IMG/VR virus record: IMGVR_UViG_3300047560_000604
Location: 1 to 64,000 of that record
DNA: 64,000 nucleotides
From: a virus
Reading direction: 5' to 3' (one strand)
Both the position numbers and the translations under genes were made by a program. Within the stretch, counting starts at the first letter, position 1, and each line of letters begins with the position of its first letter. This document shows, in pieces, positions 27,022-37,917 of this stretch. The notes under the pieces were generated by a model. It was not told the origin of the DNA and did no database searches. It saw nothing but the letters and a program-made list of their open reading frames with translations.

Positions 27022-29036
27022 TGCCATCAGTTCCAGATCCAGACCACGTTAAGCCGTGGTATCTTAGAAACATAACAGAAGCACTAGCGTTAGATGAACC
27101 TAGTGGTAATGTTTATGTCCGAACCGGATTCCAAGGTAACATTATTATTAGCGGTAATGTTAATATTCCCGGCAATGTACAAGTTTTTAGTTCACCTGAA
27201 GATCCCGTTCATACACATATAAGTGAAGTAGGTACAAGCGGTATATTGGATGTACCATATTTGCCTATCGGCGGAAATGTAATAGTTAACTCAGGTAATA
27301 TAGATGCTAATGTTCACGGTAATGTAGGTATACTCACAATGCCAAATGTTAACGCAAGTGTCACTGGTAATGTTATTGTTTCTTCAGGTAATGTCAATGC
27401 CAATGTAAGTGGTAATGTTATTGTTTCTTCAGGTAACATTAATGCTAATGTTAGTGGCAATGTTATTGTTTCTTCAGGTAACATTAATGCTAATGTTAGT
27501 GGCAATGTAAATGCCAACGTTAGTGGTAATGTAGGAATAATAGGCAACGTAAACGTAACTCAAGGGACAGACCCATGGCATGTTGATGGCAATGTTGGCA
27601 TCACTGGTACAGTAACAACAGTACCGGCATTATCAGTTGGTGACTACTTTGGTGAACCTTATGCGGTTCCTATTACACCTGTAGTACAACTAGATGGTCG
27701 CTATGGCATTTATACCAAAGACGCCCAATCAATCACAGCAGGTGGCGGCAATGCTACAACCGGCAGCGGCTCATATCAAGTATCATCTACGTCTACTTTA
27801 GGCAGTTATGGACTACTACGCAGTAGACGTTTCAACACATACAAGCCAGGACAAAGTCTAGTTGCTCGTTGGTATAGTAAGTTTGACGCTCCAGCGGCAG
27901 GCACTAGCCAACGCATGGGATTGAACAACCAAGAAAATAATTATTGGTTTGGTTATGACAACACCACTTTTGGTTTCCTACATGTACACGGCGGCAGAGG
28001 GGCTATATACAGAATAACAGTTAGCTCATATTCAGGTGCACAAAACGTAACAGTGACACTTAACGGTGTTGCTTATGTGATAGCAATCAGTGCAGGATTA
28101 ACTACAGGACAAGTAGCACAACAAATTTCACAATCAGCATTTGGTGGATTATGGTTAGCTAACCAACGTGATAACACAGTTGAGTTATTAAACTTTGGAA
28201 CTGGACCAACAAATGGAACATTCAGTATCAGTGGTAGTGGAACATTTAGTGGTTCAATTGCACAAGTGCAAGCAGGTGTTGCGCCAACCAACGAATGGTG
28301 GTATGCGGGCACAGACTTTACGTTACCTGCGTGGTTCAATCCACAAGGGTTTAATCAGTATGAACTAAAATACAGTTGGGCAGGCGTCAGTTTCTTTATC
28401 TTGAATCCATCTAGCGGTCAGTTTGAATTAGTATATCAGCACTTACAAACAGACGATGATGAATTAGAATTGAATAACCCAGCGTTCAAGATAGCTATAT
28501 TAGCACTAAATCAAGGCGGGTCGACCCCGGTAACTGTTAAAGCAGCCAGTATGATGATGGGTCTAGAAGGCATCACTAATCGTAACAGTTACACTGGATC
28601 AGCAACTACTACTGCCACGAGTTTGACACAAAACATCTTATACCAAATTCTTTCAATTCAAAATCCATACACATACAGTGGAACAGTAAACGCACGAGAA
28701 TTATTACTAGATGATATTACTGTAGCAACACAATGTAATGATCCTAGCCAAGTATATGTTTTTGTTGAACCCGTTATTGCACTAGCAACAGGTGTAGATA
28801 ACTATACTACACAGGATAGTCAATCGGTAACAGTTAGTTACACAAATGGAACGATAACACAAGGGCAATATTTCCCGGTGGTTACCTTTGTTGTAGGTAA
28901 TACCGGATCAGTTACACAATTTGACCTAAGTGACTATCGTGTAGTTGTTCCGCCTGGCTACCAAGCAACTATCGCTGTTATGTCAACCGCGGCAATACAA
29001 AAGGTCAGTGCCGCTATAGTTTGGTATAACGACTAA
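27021..29036 (+). CDS. Virion structural/fibre protein with beta-helix-like repeats
   Basis: GNV/ANVS repeats; Thr/Ser/Gly-rich; TAATG coupling. Confidence 0.7.
   Translation: MPSVPDPDHVKPWYLRNITEALALDEPSGNVYVRTGFQGNIIISGNVNIPGNVQVFSSPEDPVHTHISEVGTSGILDVPYLPIGGNVIVNSGNIDANVHGNVGILTMPNVNASVTGNVIVSSGNVNANVSGNVIVSSGNINANVSGNVIVSSGNINANVSGNVNANVSGNVGIIGNVNVTQGTDPWHVDGNVGITGTVTTVPALSVGDYFGEPYAVPITPVVQLDGRYGIYTKDAQSITAGGGNATTGSGSYQVSSTSTLGSYGLLRSRRFNTYKPGQSLVARWYSKFDAPAAGTSQRMGLNNQENNYWFGYDNTTFGFLHVHGGRGAIYRITVSSYSGAQNVTVTLNGVAYVIAISAGLTTGQVAQQISQSAFGGLWLANQRDNTVELLNFGTGPTNGTFSISGSGTFSGSIAQVQAGVAPTNEWWYAGTDFTLPAWFNPQGFNQYELKYSWAGVSFFILNPSSGQFELVYQHLQTDDDELELNNPAFKIAILALNQGGSTPVTVKAASMMMGLEGITNRNSYTGSATTTATSLTQNILYQILSIQNPYTYSGTVNARELLLDDITVATQCNDPSQVYVFVEPVIALATGVDNYTTQDSQSVTVSYTNGTITQGQYFPVVTFVVGNTGSVTQFDLSDYRVVVPPGYQATIAVMSTAAIQKVSAAIVWYND
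27366..27500 (+). repeat. Three 45-nt tandem repeats encoding GNVIVSSGN(V/I)NANVS
   Basis: Units at 27366, 27411 and 27456, near-identical at DNA level. Confidence 0.9.
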
Positions 29037-29057
29037 CGTTTCTTAATAAATAAAATT

Positions 29058-30605
29058 ATGGCAAATACACCTACCTTAGTTAAAACTCCGTATGTAAAAA
29101 CAAAATACGCAAACGACCAAGAATTAACAGACTTCATCAAGTGCTGTGATCCTAACACGGGACCCATGTACTTCATGGACAACTTCTTTATGATTCAGCA
29201 TCCTACAAAAGGATCAATGAATTATCATCCATGGGATTATCAGAAACGATTGATTGAGAATTATCATCAGAATCGTTACTCAATCTCATTGATGCCTCGA
29301 CAAACAGGTAAGTCAACAAGTGCTGCGGGTTATCTATTATGGTACGCTATGTTCGTACCTGACTCTACGATTCTAATTGCAGCACACAAGTATACAGGTG
29401 CTCAAGAAATTATGCAACGTATTCGTTATGCGTATGAGAACTGTCCCGATCATATCAAAGCAGGTGTCACGACATATAACAAAGGTTCGTTAGACTTTGA
29501 GAACGGATCTCGTATTGTATCAGCTACAACAACTGAAAACACAGGTCGTGGTATGTCTATTACACTCTTATACCTAGACGAATTTGCGTTCGTTCGACCT
29601 ACGATTGCGACAGAGTTCTGGACAGCGATTACACCTACTCTAGCAACTGGTGGTAAAGCTATTATCACAAGTACTCCCAACTCAGACGAAGACCAATTTG
29701 CTTTAATTTGGAAAGGTGCCAACAAATGTGAAGATGAGTTTGGTAACAAGACAGAATTAGGAGTGAATGGCTTCAAAGCATATCGTGCTTTCTGGCAAGA
29801 ACATCCTGAACGTGATGAAGCATGGGCAACTCAGATGAAGGCTCAGCTTGGTGAAGATAGATTCCGCCGAGAGATTGGTTGCGAGTTCATTATTGCTGAC
29901 GAAACATTGATTGCTCCCACTACATTGATTGACATGGAAGGAATCGAGCCTATTCATAGAGAAGGTCAAGTACGTTGGTATAAAAAACCTTCAAAAGATA
30001 AAATCTACACAGTTGCATTAGATCCTGCTGTGGGTACAGGTGGTGACTATGCTGCAATTCAAGTGTTTGAAGCAAACACTACAGAGCAGATAGGTGAGTG
30101 GAAACACAACAAAACTCCTATCCCTGAGCAAATTAAACTGTTAGCTAATATTTGTAAACATATCTGTGATGCCACCGGACAATCTAACAATATCTACTAT
30201 TCGGTAGAGAACAACTCGGTGGGTGAAGGTGCCCTAATTTCATTGCAAGAGTATGGTGAAACAAATATTCAGGGTATCTTTCTATGTGAGCCTGGAAAGA
30301 AGCGTAAGGGCTTTACTACTACCCACAAAACAAAGATGGCTGCATGCACTAAGTTCAAACATCTACTAGAATCCAAGAGAATGAAGATTTATAGTCACAG
30401 TCTTATCTCAGAATTAAAGAACTATATTGCTTCAAAAGACAGTTTTGCGGCGAAATTAGGAGAAACTGATGACTTAGTAGCTGCTACGTTGCTTACAACC
30501 CGCATGATCCAGGACTTAGGAGACTATCATTACAACTTGGAAGAGCAAATCCGTGACCATGAGGATATTGTATTGCCCCTTCCCTTCTATGCTATCCTGG
30601 GATAA
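29058..30605 (+). CDS. gp17: Terminase large subunit (T4 gp17-like)
   Basis: MPRQTGKST, LLYLDEFAF, IITSTPN, VALDPAVG, DDLV. Confidence 0.96.
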   Translation: MANTPTLVKTPYVKTKYANDQELTDFIKCCDPNTGPMYFMDNFFMIQHPTKGSMNYHPWDYQKRLIENYHQNRYSISLMPRQTGKSTSAAGYLLWYAMFVPDSTILIAAHKYTGAQEIMQRIRYAYENCPDHIKAGVTTYNKGSLDFENGSRIVSATTTENTGRGMSITLLYLDEFAFVRPTIATEFWTAITPTLATGGKAIITSTPNSDEDQFALIWKGANKCEDEFGNKTELGVNGFKAYRAFWQEHPERDEAWATQMKAQLGEDRFRREIGCEFIIADETLIAPTTLIDMEGIEPIHREGQVRWYKKPSKDKIYTVALDPAVGTGGDYAAIQVFEANTTEQIGEWKHNKTPIPEQIKLLANICKHICDATGQSNNIYYSVENNSVGEGALISLQEYGETNIQGIFLCEPGKKRKGFTTTHKTKMAACTKFKHLLESKRMKIYSHSLISELKNYIASKDSFAAKLGETDDLVAATLLTTRMIQDLGDYHYNLEEQIRDHEDIVLPLPFYAILG

Positions 30606-30634
30606 TTGATAAATAATTAATTAGAGACAAAATT

Positions 30635-32029
30635 ATGCCAATTAACACCGATTCATTAAACAGAGAACTATACGGACTATTAAAAAGCAGAGGATATCGC
30701 CCTGACATGTTTACTAGTTCAGGTAAGAAAGTAGCTATCCCAGACGAAGCAGAAGTATTCCAATTCGACTTCATTCAAGATGACGTAGAATATGGAAAAG
30801 TCACTGTAACAGTCGACGGCTTGCATAGAATGATTGTGTATTATGGAGATGACGTTGAATCTGCACCAAAAGCAAGTTCACATGACAGTGAATCATTCAC
30901 ACATTTGTTAGGGCATTTAAAGCGTTTCGCAAAGAATAGACAATTGGGCTTTGAACTAAGCGACCAAGATGATCTGGAACCAGATATGGCTAAAAGAGAA
31001 CACAACAAAAGAGAAGGTTTACGTGAGGGTTATTACCCAATGGGCAAGAAGTCTAGCTATAGCGACAATGTACCTACTACAAAGATTATTTTGCAACATT
31101 CTCGTCAAATCGAAGAAGGTGAACAACGTTATCGCAACATCGCAAAGATTTTCGTAGAAAATGCAAATGGCGAACGATTCTTAGTTCCAACAACAAAACC
31201 CGGCATCGCACGTGTGTATGCCAGACACATTGCTGAAGGTGGCACACCGTATGATGAACGTGGTGGTCATATCACTAGCCTTGTAGAAGAATATTCTAAG
31301 ATGGCAGGATTTGTTCGTGCAACACGTGGTCAACAGTTCAATGAATCAACCCAAAAATTAGTAGCTGAAGGTATCAATCACTATCAGAAATTACGTGAGA
31401 CCTTACATAAGATGTCAGGTAAAAAGGGATATACTGCATACTTCGAAAGTTATACTCCTGCATTGATGGAAGACGAAGATGTAGACTTGAGTGAAATGTT
31501 CATGCAATCTAGTTTAGATCCACGCATCGAATCAGTGATGCCAATCTTAGGTAAGTTGAGCAAGAACATCACTGAATCAGATATTTCAGAAGTTAAAGAA
31601 CTTGAAGAATGGGCTGATAATCTAATGGATGGTAAGATGAGTTCATTAGCTTCATTTGAAAAGGTTGATACTGACCGTGATGAAGATGACGAAGACGAAG
31701 AAGTTGACGTACAAGATTATCAAGATCCTGAAGAAGCCGACTATGGTGATGAATATCAGGACACCGTTAAACGTGCAGGTGATGCTGTAAAACGTATTGA
31801 GAAAAAGTTAGGCAAGGTAGACTTAGGTGCACTAGCCAAGAAACTCAGCAGAGAAGAAACAACTGAGAACATTGATAGTGACCAACGTAAGGCAGGACAA
31901 TTAGGTCCCACTAATAAAGTAAGTACAGGCCCTGTCTTAGGAAACAAACCACAATCACAAAAAGGATTACGTGGTAAATTAGTTGCAGAAGATCCATTGA
32001 GCAAAATCAAAAAGTTGTCAGGTCTATGA
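30635..32029 (+). CDS. Hypothetical late protein (acidic; possible head-associated protein)
   Basis: Late promoter at 30610; long intact ORF. Confidence 0.75.
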   Translation: MPINTDSLNRELYGLLKSRGYRPDMFTSSGKKVAIPDEAEVFQFDFIQDDVEYGKVTVTVDGLHRMIVYYGDDVESAPKASSHDSESFTHLLGHLKRFAKNRQLGFELSDQDDLEPDMAKREHNKREGLREGYYPMGKKSSYSDNVPTTKIILQHSRQIEEGEQRYRNIAKIFVENANGERFLVPTTKPGIARVYARHIAEGGTPYDERGGHITSLVEEYSKMAGFVRATRGQQFNESTQKLVAEGINHYQKLRETLHKMSGKKGYTAYFESYTPALMEDEDVDLSEMFMQSSLDPRIESVMPILGKLSKNITESDISEVKELEEWADNLMDGKMSSLASFEKVDTDRDEDDEDEEVDVQDYQDPEEADYGDEYQDTVKRAGDAVKRIEKKLGKVDLGALAKKLSREETTENIDSDQRKAGQLGPTNKVSTGPVLGNKPQSQKGLRGKLVAEDPLSKIKKLSGL

Positions 32030-33579
32030 AAGAAATAAAGCTATTAGAATCATGGGCTGATGACATAACAGAATTCAAGCAGCCTACTAGAATGGGCACG
32101 CCTATGACTGCTAAGGCTGATAGACCTTTACCAAGAAATATCGACATTCAATATAAAGCACAACGTGCCCATCCTGAACTAAGTCCAGAACAAGCACTAG
32201 CATTGTATATGAACGATGAACTTGTTGACAAAGAAAAAATGGACTTTGCTCAGAACAAGTTAATCAACACAGTAAAGCGTGAAAACGAAAAACTACGTAA
32301 GAACGTAACTGATATTGGCAATGAATTACATGACTTAGAACGTCAAGAAGCAGAGACAGATAAAGAAGTTGCAAGACTACGTGACCTAAGTGCTAAGTTA
32401 AGACCAGCTGGTGAAGTTCAACAAATGGCTGCTAAGGCAAGTGCTGATAAAGTACAAAACATGCTTTCTGACTTAGAGAAGTTACAAAACAAGCCAGGCG
32501 TCGATGACGCAAAATATCAAGAACTAGTCGATAAGGTTAACAGAATTAAATCTGGTCCAGTGGACAACACTGACGTTCAAAAAGTTCAAGCTGCATTAGC
32601 TGCATTAGGTCAACGCCAGAACGTAGATGACGAGTTATTCAACAAAGTGATGGGTAGACTTGAGACTACTGAAAAAGAATTGGCTGCAAAAGAAAAACGT
32701 TTCCAAAAGAGTATTACCAAGAATGCTGAAAAGATTGGTCAGTGGGGGAATAAGTTCGGTGATCTAGACGACAAGGTCAAGAAAATTGAAGTTCGAGCTA
32801 AAGAAGTCTTAGATAACGTTGAAAAAGAGAACGACAATCTACAGGACAAGTTCAACCGTCTAGCCGATTTGATTTATAAAATCAATCCTGATATTCTGCA
32901 ACAAGCAGGTATTACTGCTGGAAGTGTTGCTAGTAGTGTCGCTGATAGACAAGAAAAGGATGAGGCGGATTTAGCCAAGATCCAACCAGAGCCAGTGGAT
33001 CCAGAAGAAATCGCAGCGGCTAAACTGCAAGCTGCTAGTGGATCATCTCAAGTTGACATAGACGATACGTTAGATGATGAGCCGTTCGACAAAGACAAAG
33101 TAGTATCCATATTCAAGAATCAAGGCAAACAATCATCAACTATGCCAGATGATATGAAGGATGCAATGAAACAAGAACCTCGCAAAGTTAACGAACAAGA
33201 TTTGCCTATCACTATGGTAGACAAACCAGAAACAAATCAAAAAGTTACACCTGACTACATCGAAGATACTGTTATTCCAAATCTAGTTCGTTGGTATAGA
33301 AATCAATATCCAATTGATTTAAAACAATACACAGTTCAACAACTAATGGAAATCATTCGTAGAACAGTTACTGGCGGATTATTAATATATGGTGATGACA
33401 TAACAGACAAGACAGTAGAAGAATATCTAGCCAGAGTGCGTGGATGGTTACGTAAGTCTAGACCCGTAGCACCTGAGTTACCCGGTATACCTAGTGAGCC
33501 TCCATCACAAGGTGGACTACAAGAATCCATGTTTAGGAACTTCACTGACGAATTAGACCGTTTAACAGGCGGATATTAA
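32026..33579 (+). CDS. Coiled-coil hypothetical late protein
   Basis: ATGA overlap; heptad-rich. Confidence 0.75.
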   Translation: MKEIKLLESWADDITEFKQPTRMGTPMTAKADRPLPRNIDIQYKAQRAHPELSPEQALALYMNDELVDKEKMDFAQNKLINTVKRENEKLRKNVTDIGNELHDLERQEAETDKEVARLRDLSAKLRPAGEVQQMAAKASADKVQNMLSDLEKLQNKPGVDDAKYQELVDKVNRIKSGPVDNTDVQKVQAALAALGQRQNVDDELFNKVMGRLETTEKELAAKEKRFQKSITKNAEKIGQWGNKFGDLDDKVKKIEVRAKEVLDNVEKENDNLQDKFNRLADLIYKINPDILQQAGITAGSVASSVADRQEKDEADLAKIQPEPVDPEEIAAAKLQAASGSSQVDIDDTLDDEPFDKDKVVSIFKNQGKQSSTMPDDMKDAMKQEPRKVNEQDLPITMVDKPETNQKVTPDYIEDTVIPNLVRWYRNQYPIDLKQYTVQQLMEIIRRTVTGGLLIYGDDITDKTVEEYLARVRGWLRKSRPVAPELPGIPSEPPSQGGLQESMFRNFTDELDRLTGGY

Positions 33580-33625
33580 TTCTCCCAAAAGCCTCACATA
33601 AAAGTGAGGTTAGCCATATCTGGGA

Positions 33626-33663
33626 TAAATACTATTGACACTGCTTGATAGTAATGCTAAACT
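33626..33663 (+). promoter_or_regulatory. Tandem late (TAAATA) and sigma70-like promoters for gp32
   Basis: TAAATA 33626-33631; TTGACA 33635-33640, 17 nt, TAAACT. Confidence 0.7.
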
Positions 33664-33741
33664 ATCATCTGTGTTAGTCACTAATAGGTAGTGGCGAATA
33701 TTAAAACAGAGACCATCTCAATTTATTAAGGAAATATTATT

Positions 33742-34749
33742 ATGGCATCATTAGCAGAAATTCGTGCCCGTATCGCGGCACAAGAAAACAAGTCTACTGG
33801 CGGCGAACGTCAGCAATCAGACAACGCAATCTACCCCCACTGGAACATGGACGAAGGCACAACAGCTACAATTCGTTTCTTGCCAGACGCAAATCCAAAC
33901 AACACATTCTTCTGGGTAGAACGTCAAATCATCAAACTACCATTCAACGGTGTTAAGGGTGATACTAATATGAAACAAGTTATCGTTCAAGTTCCATGTA
34001 TGGAAATGTACGGTGAGGCTTGTCCAGTATTGGCAGAAGTTCGTCCTTGGTACAAAGACGAAACATTGAAAGAAATGGCAAACAAATACTGGAAGAAGCG
34101 TAGTTACTTGTTCCAAGGTTTTGTTCGTCAAAACCCACTTGGTGATGACAAGACACCAGCGAACCCAATTCGCCGTTTCGTTATCAGCCCACAAATCTTT
34201 ACAGTCATCAAATCTAGTTTGATGGATCCTGAAATGGAAGAATTGCCAACAGACTACATGCGTGGTCTTGACTTCAACGTTAAGAAAACAAGCAAGGGTG
34301 GTTATGCTGACTACTCAACTAGTAACTGGGCACGTAAAGAATCTGCATTGACCGAAGCAGAAGCATCAGCAGTTGATGCACATGGTCTATTTGACTTGGC
34401 TGAGTTCTTACCTAAGAAGCCAGGTGAAGCAGAATTGCGTATCATCAAAGAAATGTTTGAAGCATCAGTTGATGGTCGCCCATTCGACAACGAGCGTTGG
34501 GGCAATTACTACCGTCCATTCGGTGTAGAAGCACCTGCAGGTTCGACCGCGGAAAAACAAGCAGCGCCAGCACAAGAAGCAAGCGCACCCGCAACAGCAC
34601 CCGTAGCAGAAGCTAAACAACCTTGGGAAGGTGATGACGAGCCATCATCAGCAAGCACCCCAGTTGAAGTTCCAAAAGCAACTCCTAGTAGCGATAAAGC
34701 ACAAGACATTTTAGCAATGATTCGTGCCCGTCAAAACAAGCCTGCTTAA
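33742..34749 (+). CDS. gp32: Single-stranded DNA-binding protein (gp32-like)
   Basis: IRFLPD..W, CP......W, YWKKRSY, G.DF..K, YADY..S.W, acidic tail. Confidence 0.93.
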   Translation: MASLAEIRARIAAQENKSTGGERQQSDNAIYPHWNMDEGTTATIRFLPDANPNNTFFWVERQIIKLPFNGVKGDTNMKQVIVQVPCMEMYGEACPVLAEVRPWYKDETLKEMANKYWKKRSYLFQGFVRQNPLGDDKTPANPIRRFVISPQIFTVIKSSLMDPEMEELPTDYMRGLDFNVKKTSKGGYADYSTSNWARKESALTEAEASAVDAHGLFDLAEFLPKKPGEAELRIIKEMFEASVDGRPFDNERWGNYYRPFGVEAPAGSTAEKQAAPAQEASAPATAPVAEAKQPWEGDDEPSSASTPVEVPKATPSSDKAQDILAMIRARQNKPA

Positions 34750-34756
34750 TCAAAAC

Positions 34757-34780
34757 GGGGAAGGTTAACCTTCCCCTATT
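34757..34780 (+). terminator. Terminator-like hairpin
   Basis: GGGGAAGG-TTAA-CCTTCCCC-TATT. Confidence 0.7.
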
Positions 34781-34792
34781 AAGGAGTATGTT

Positions 34793-35026
34793 ATGACAAT
34801 GCCTGATGAAAGATACCGTGCCCTAAAGCAAGGTAGAAAACTATTAGAAGAACTATGCGATCCAGGTAAGACACCTAGAGTACCTAGCATAGTACGTGAC
34901 CGAGCACGAGGCGCATTGAGACACTTTCCATCTGATTATGAATTAGATTGCATGGCAGACAAATGCCCAGACATGCTTGATAAGCAACCGTTTAGTGCGT
35001 ATACTAACGGTACAAATAGACAATAA
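34793..35026 (+). CDS. Hypothetical protein
   Basis: AAGGAG SD; MTMPDERYRA..LRHFP. Confidence 0.8.
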   Translation: MTMPDERYRALKQGRKLLEELCDPGKTPRVPSIVRDRARGALRHFPSDYELDCMADKCPDMLDKQPFSAYTNGTNRQ

Positions 35027-35045
35027 GTATATATAAGGAGTAGAA

Positions 35046-36119
35046 ATGGTAAAACCATTTGACGTAAGTAAGTTCCGCAAGGACATTACAAAAAGTATTG
35101 AAGGATTATCAATTGGATTTAATGACCCCACTGATTGGATTAGCACAGGAAACTATGCACTTAATTATCTCATTAGCGGTGATTTTAATAAAGGTATACC
35201 TCTTGGCAAAGTTACTGTATTCGCTGGAGAGTCTGGTTCGGGAAAGAGTTACATCTGTTCCGGGAACCTGGTTCGCCACGCTCAAGAGCAAGGTATCTTT
35301 GTTGTCCTCATTGATTCAGAGAATGCACTAGACGAAACATGGTTGCATAACTTAGGAGTTGACACAAGTGAAGCTAAACTTCTAAAATTGAACATGGCTA
35401 TGATTGATGACGTGGCTAAGACAATCAGTAAGTTCGTAGCTGATTACAAAACATTACCCACAGAAGATAGACCAAAAGTCTTGTTCGTTGTTGATTCACT
35501 TGGTATGTTGTTGACTCCAACTGACGTTAATCAGTTTGAAGCAGGTGATATGAAAGGTGACATGGGTCGTAAGCCTAAAGCACTTACAGCACTTGTTCGT
35601 AACACAGTTAACATGTTTGGTTCACTCGGCATCGGCTTGGTAGCAACGAACCACACATACGCATCGCAAGATATGTTTGATCCAGATGATAAAATCTCTG
35701 GTGGTCAAGGTTTCATTTATGCAAGTTCTATCGTTGTTGCGATGAAGAAGTTGAAGTTGAAAGAAGACGAAGACGGTAACAAAGTTACAGACGTTCGTGG
35801 TATTCGTAGTGCTTGTAAGATTATGAAAACTCGCTATGCAAAACCATTCGAAGGTGTGCAAGTTAAGATTCCATATGACACAGGTATGAGTCCATATTCA
35901 GGTCTTGTTGATATGATTGAGAAAGATGAATTGTTGAAGAAAGAAGGCAACAGTTTAGTGTACACGGGCATTGACGGAGTTATCATTAAGAAGTTCCGCA
36001 AAGCATGGGAATCAAACACTGACGGTTGTTTGGATACAGTTATGTCAGAATATTCAACTAAGATGGCAAAGATAAGTAATGTAGATTTAACAAATGAAGA
36101 AGGAGAATCTACAGAATGA
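35046..36119 (+). CDS. uvsX: RecA-like recombinase UvsX
   Basis: FAGESGSGKS, LIDSENA, VVDSLG, TNHTY, SGG.GF.YASS. Confidence 0.95.
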   Translation: MVKPFDVSKFRKDITKSIEGLSIGFNDPTDWISTGNYALNYLISGDFNKGIPLGKVTVFAGESGSGKSYICSGNLVRHAQEQGIFVVLIDSENALDETWLHNLGVDTSEAKLLKLNMAMIDDVAKTISKFVADYKTLPTEDRPKVLFVVDSLGMLLTPTDVNQFEAGDMKGDMGRKPKALTALVRNTVNMFGSLGIGLVATNHTYASQDMFDPDDKISGGQGFIYASSIVVAMKKLKLKEDEDGNKVTDVRGIRSACKIMKTRYAKPFEGVQVKIPYDTGMSPYSGLVDMIEKDELLKKEGNSLVYTGIDGVIIKKFRKAWESNTDGCLDTVMSEYSTKMAKISNVDLTNEEGESTE

Positions 36120-36364
36120 GTTTAAGTATCGTATCAGAAGTTTGGGAAATATTGCGTGAGCATATTGACTTTAATGAACGCAGTGAAGCAGCCGACACCC
36201 TAGTGAATTATTTGATGGACAACAATTATGAAGTTGATGATATCAAAGACGAATTCAAGGACAAGGATATTACTAAGGCTTTGAAAGGTTATGCTGAACA
36301 GCATTTCCAAGAAGAAGAATACGAAGAATATGAAGACGAAGACCAAGACGAAGAATGGGATTAA
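36116..36364 (+). CDS. Acidic small protein
   Basis: ATGA overlap; E/D-rich tail. Confidence 0.75.
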   Translation: MSLSIVSEVWEILREHIDFNERSEAADTLVNYLMDNNYEVDDIKDEFKDKDITKALKGYAEQHFQEEEYEEYEDEDQDEEWD

Positions 36365-36823
36365 ATGGCAAACTGGTATACCCGAGTATCACAAGACTTA
36401 TCAGTAATACCCGATTTCATTAACCATTACGAAGCCGAACTTGGTTCGGCTAGAAATGATGTGAAGATTTACGGCAATGTTGAAAAGAACATTGCCGCTT
36501 TACCCGGAGTTACTGAACACCGTTTCAACCAGCTTCAAGAGATTGAGGCTGTGTTGAATTATCTCAATATTCAATTACGGAAAATTCGCCGAAAACATTT
36601 TCAAAAGTATTTAGAAGCGTATAATAGAGCTTTAACAAGTCGTGATGCCGAGAAGTATGTCGATGGTGAACAAGAAGTTATTGACTTTGAAACCATTATT
36701 AACGAAGTAGCATTGTTACGTAATCGTTGGTTAGGTATACTTAAAGGCATTGAAGCAAAACAATGGCAGATGGGACATATTGTTCGTTTGCGTACTAGTG
36801 GAATGGAAGATATTTCAATATGA
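36365..36823 (+). CDS. uvsY: Recombination mediator UvsY-like
   Basis: RALTSRDAEKYVDGE..LRN.WLGI.KG..K.WQ; follows uvsX. Confidence 0.8.
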   Translation: MANWYTRVSQDLSVIPDFINHYEAELGSARNDVKIYGNVEKNIAALPGVTEHRFNQLQEIEAVLNYLNIQLRKIRRKHFQKYLEAYNRALTSRDAEKYVDGEQEVIDFETIINEVALLRNRWLGILKGIEAKQWQMGHIVRLRTSGMEDISI

Positions 36824-37605
36824 GTTTAAGTAACGTTTCTTGGTCACCTACTATCACAATAGGTTCAGCCGCAAGTCAGCACACTATCAACATTTTAGAT
36901 TCACTCAGTGGCTTGAATAGTGATTATCACAAAGTCAAAAGATACGAGGTGTGCGAATCACCCGAAGACACTCTTGCATTAAGCGTAACATGGAAGCGGT
37001 TACGTGATGCAGGCAAAAGCACTTCCGGTAAAATATTGGATAGACAATTATTCGATGAAGTTACAGATGCTGACCGAGAAGAAGCTAAAGTAATTCGTGA
37101 TTACTATAGCAAGAAGATTATGATGTGGAAACTTAAGGGGGATAAACCCTTCACTCCGTATCGTGAAGACTTAAACAAGTTTGTCCATAGTGACGGTACG
37201 ATTGTTCGCAATGACATGATGGGTTTAATTTACTATCTTCCTATCTTCCATCAATATGACACTGAACTTGATGTAGTCAAGGACTTAGTAACTACGAATC
37301 AATCATTCAAGAAAATGGATGAGTCACATACACCTAAGGTGATGACACTAACTGCATCATTGGAACCTCTCAAAAAGATTGCTAAGAAACGTAAACGTGC
37401 CACAACGATTGAGTATTGGTTCAAGGACAATAAAGTTAACTCAGCAGTTGTAATGACCCTTGACAAAAAGAACCCTCTAGAGCATATCTGGGAGAACGTT
37501 TTTAATACTGAAAAAGTATTACAAATTAAGGGTGCCTATTGCAGACGCAAACAAGACGAATTTGAATACTATAGTATTGATAACTGGACGCTCGAAAAGG
37601 CTTGA
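36820..37605 (+). CDS. Hypothetical protein
   Basis: ATGA overlap; intact ORF. Confidence 0.75.
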   Translation: MSLSNVSWSPTITIGSAASQHTINILDSLSGLNSDYHKVKRYEVCESPEDTLALSVTWKRLRDAGKSTSGKILDRQLFDEVTDADREEAKVIRDYYSKKIMMWKLKGDKPFTPYREDLNKFVHSDGTIVRNDMMGLIYYLPIFHQYDTELDVVKDLVTTNQSFKKMDESHTPKVMTLTASLEPLKKIAKKRKRATTIEYWFKDNKVNSAVVMTLDKKNPLEHIWENVFNTEKVLQIKGAYCRRKQDEFEYYSIDNWTLEKA

Positions 37606-37630
37606 CAAATAATCATTTTGGGCATATAAT
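37602..37630 (+). promoter_or_regulatory. sigma70-like promoter
   Basis: TTGACA-17-TATAAT. Confidence 0.85.
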
Positions 37631-37659
37631 ACATGTATTGATTGATTAAAGGAGCATGT

Positions 37660-37866
37660 ATGTCGTTCGAAAAAGAAGTCCTCGCTAAAGTTGCTAAGAT
37701 TCTCAAAGACGAAAATTCTGCTAGTTTTTTCTATGGTACATTGTCGGTCGTTTGCTCCGAAGACGAAGCCCGCAAAGTCTATCACAAACTAGCTAAAGAT
37801 TATAAGAATAAAGTACTCATTTCCAAGGATGGTTCTTACGGTTATTTGTTCGACTTTACGGCTTGA
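37660..37866 (+). CDS. Small hypothetical protein
   Basis: AAGGAG SD; MSFEKEVLAK. Confidence 0.75.
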   Translation: MSFEKEVLAKVAKILKDENSASFFYGTLSVVCSEDEARKVYHKLAKDYKNKVLISKDGSYGYLFDFTA

Positions 37867-37891
37867 CAATAAACCCAAAACATAGTATAAT
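37863..37891 (+). promoter_or_regulatory. sigma70-like promoter
   Basis: TTGACA-17-TATAAT. Confidence 0.85.
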
Positions 37892-37917
37892 AACATCTTT
37901 ACACACGAAAGGTTTCA

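Noticed and set aside
29058-36119. Introns or inteins in terminase, gp32 or UvsX (also checked ThyA and the helicase)
   Set aside because: All are of normal length with contiguous motifs
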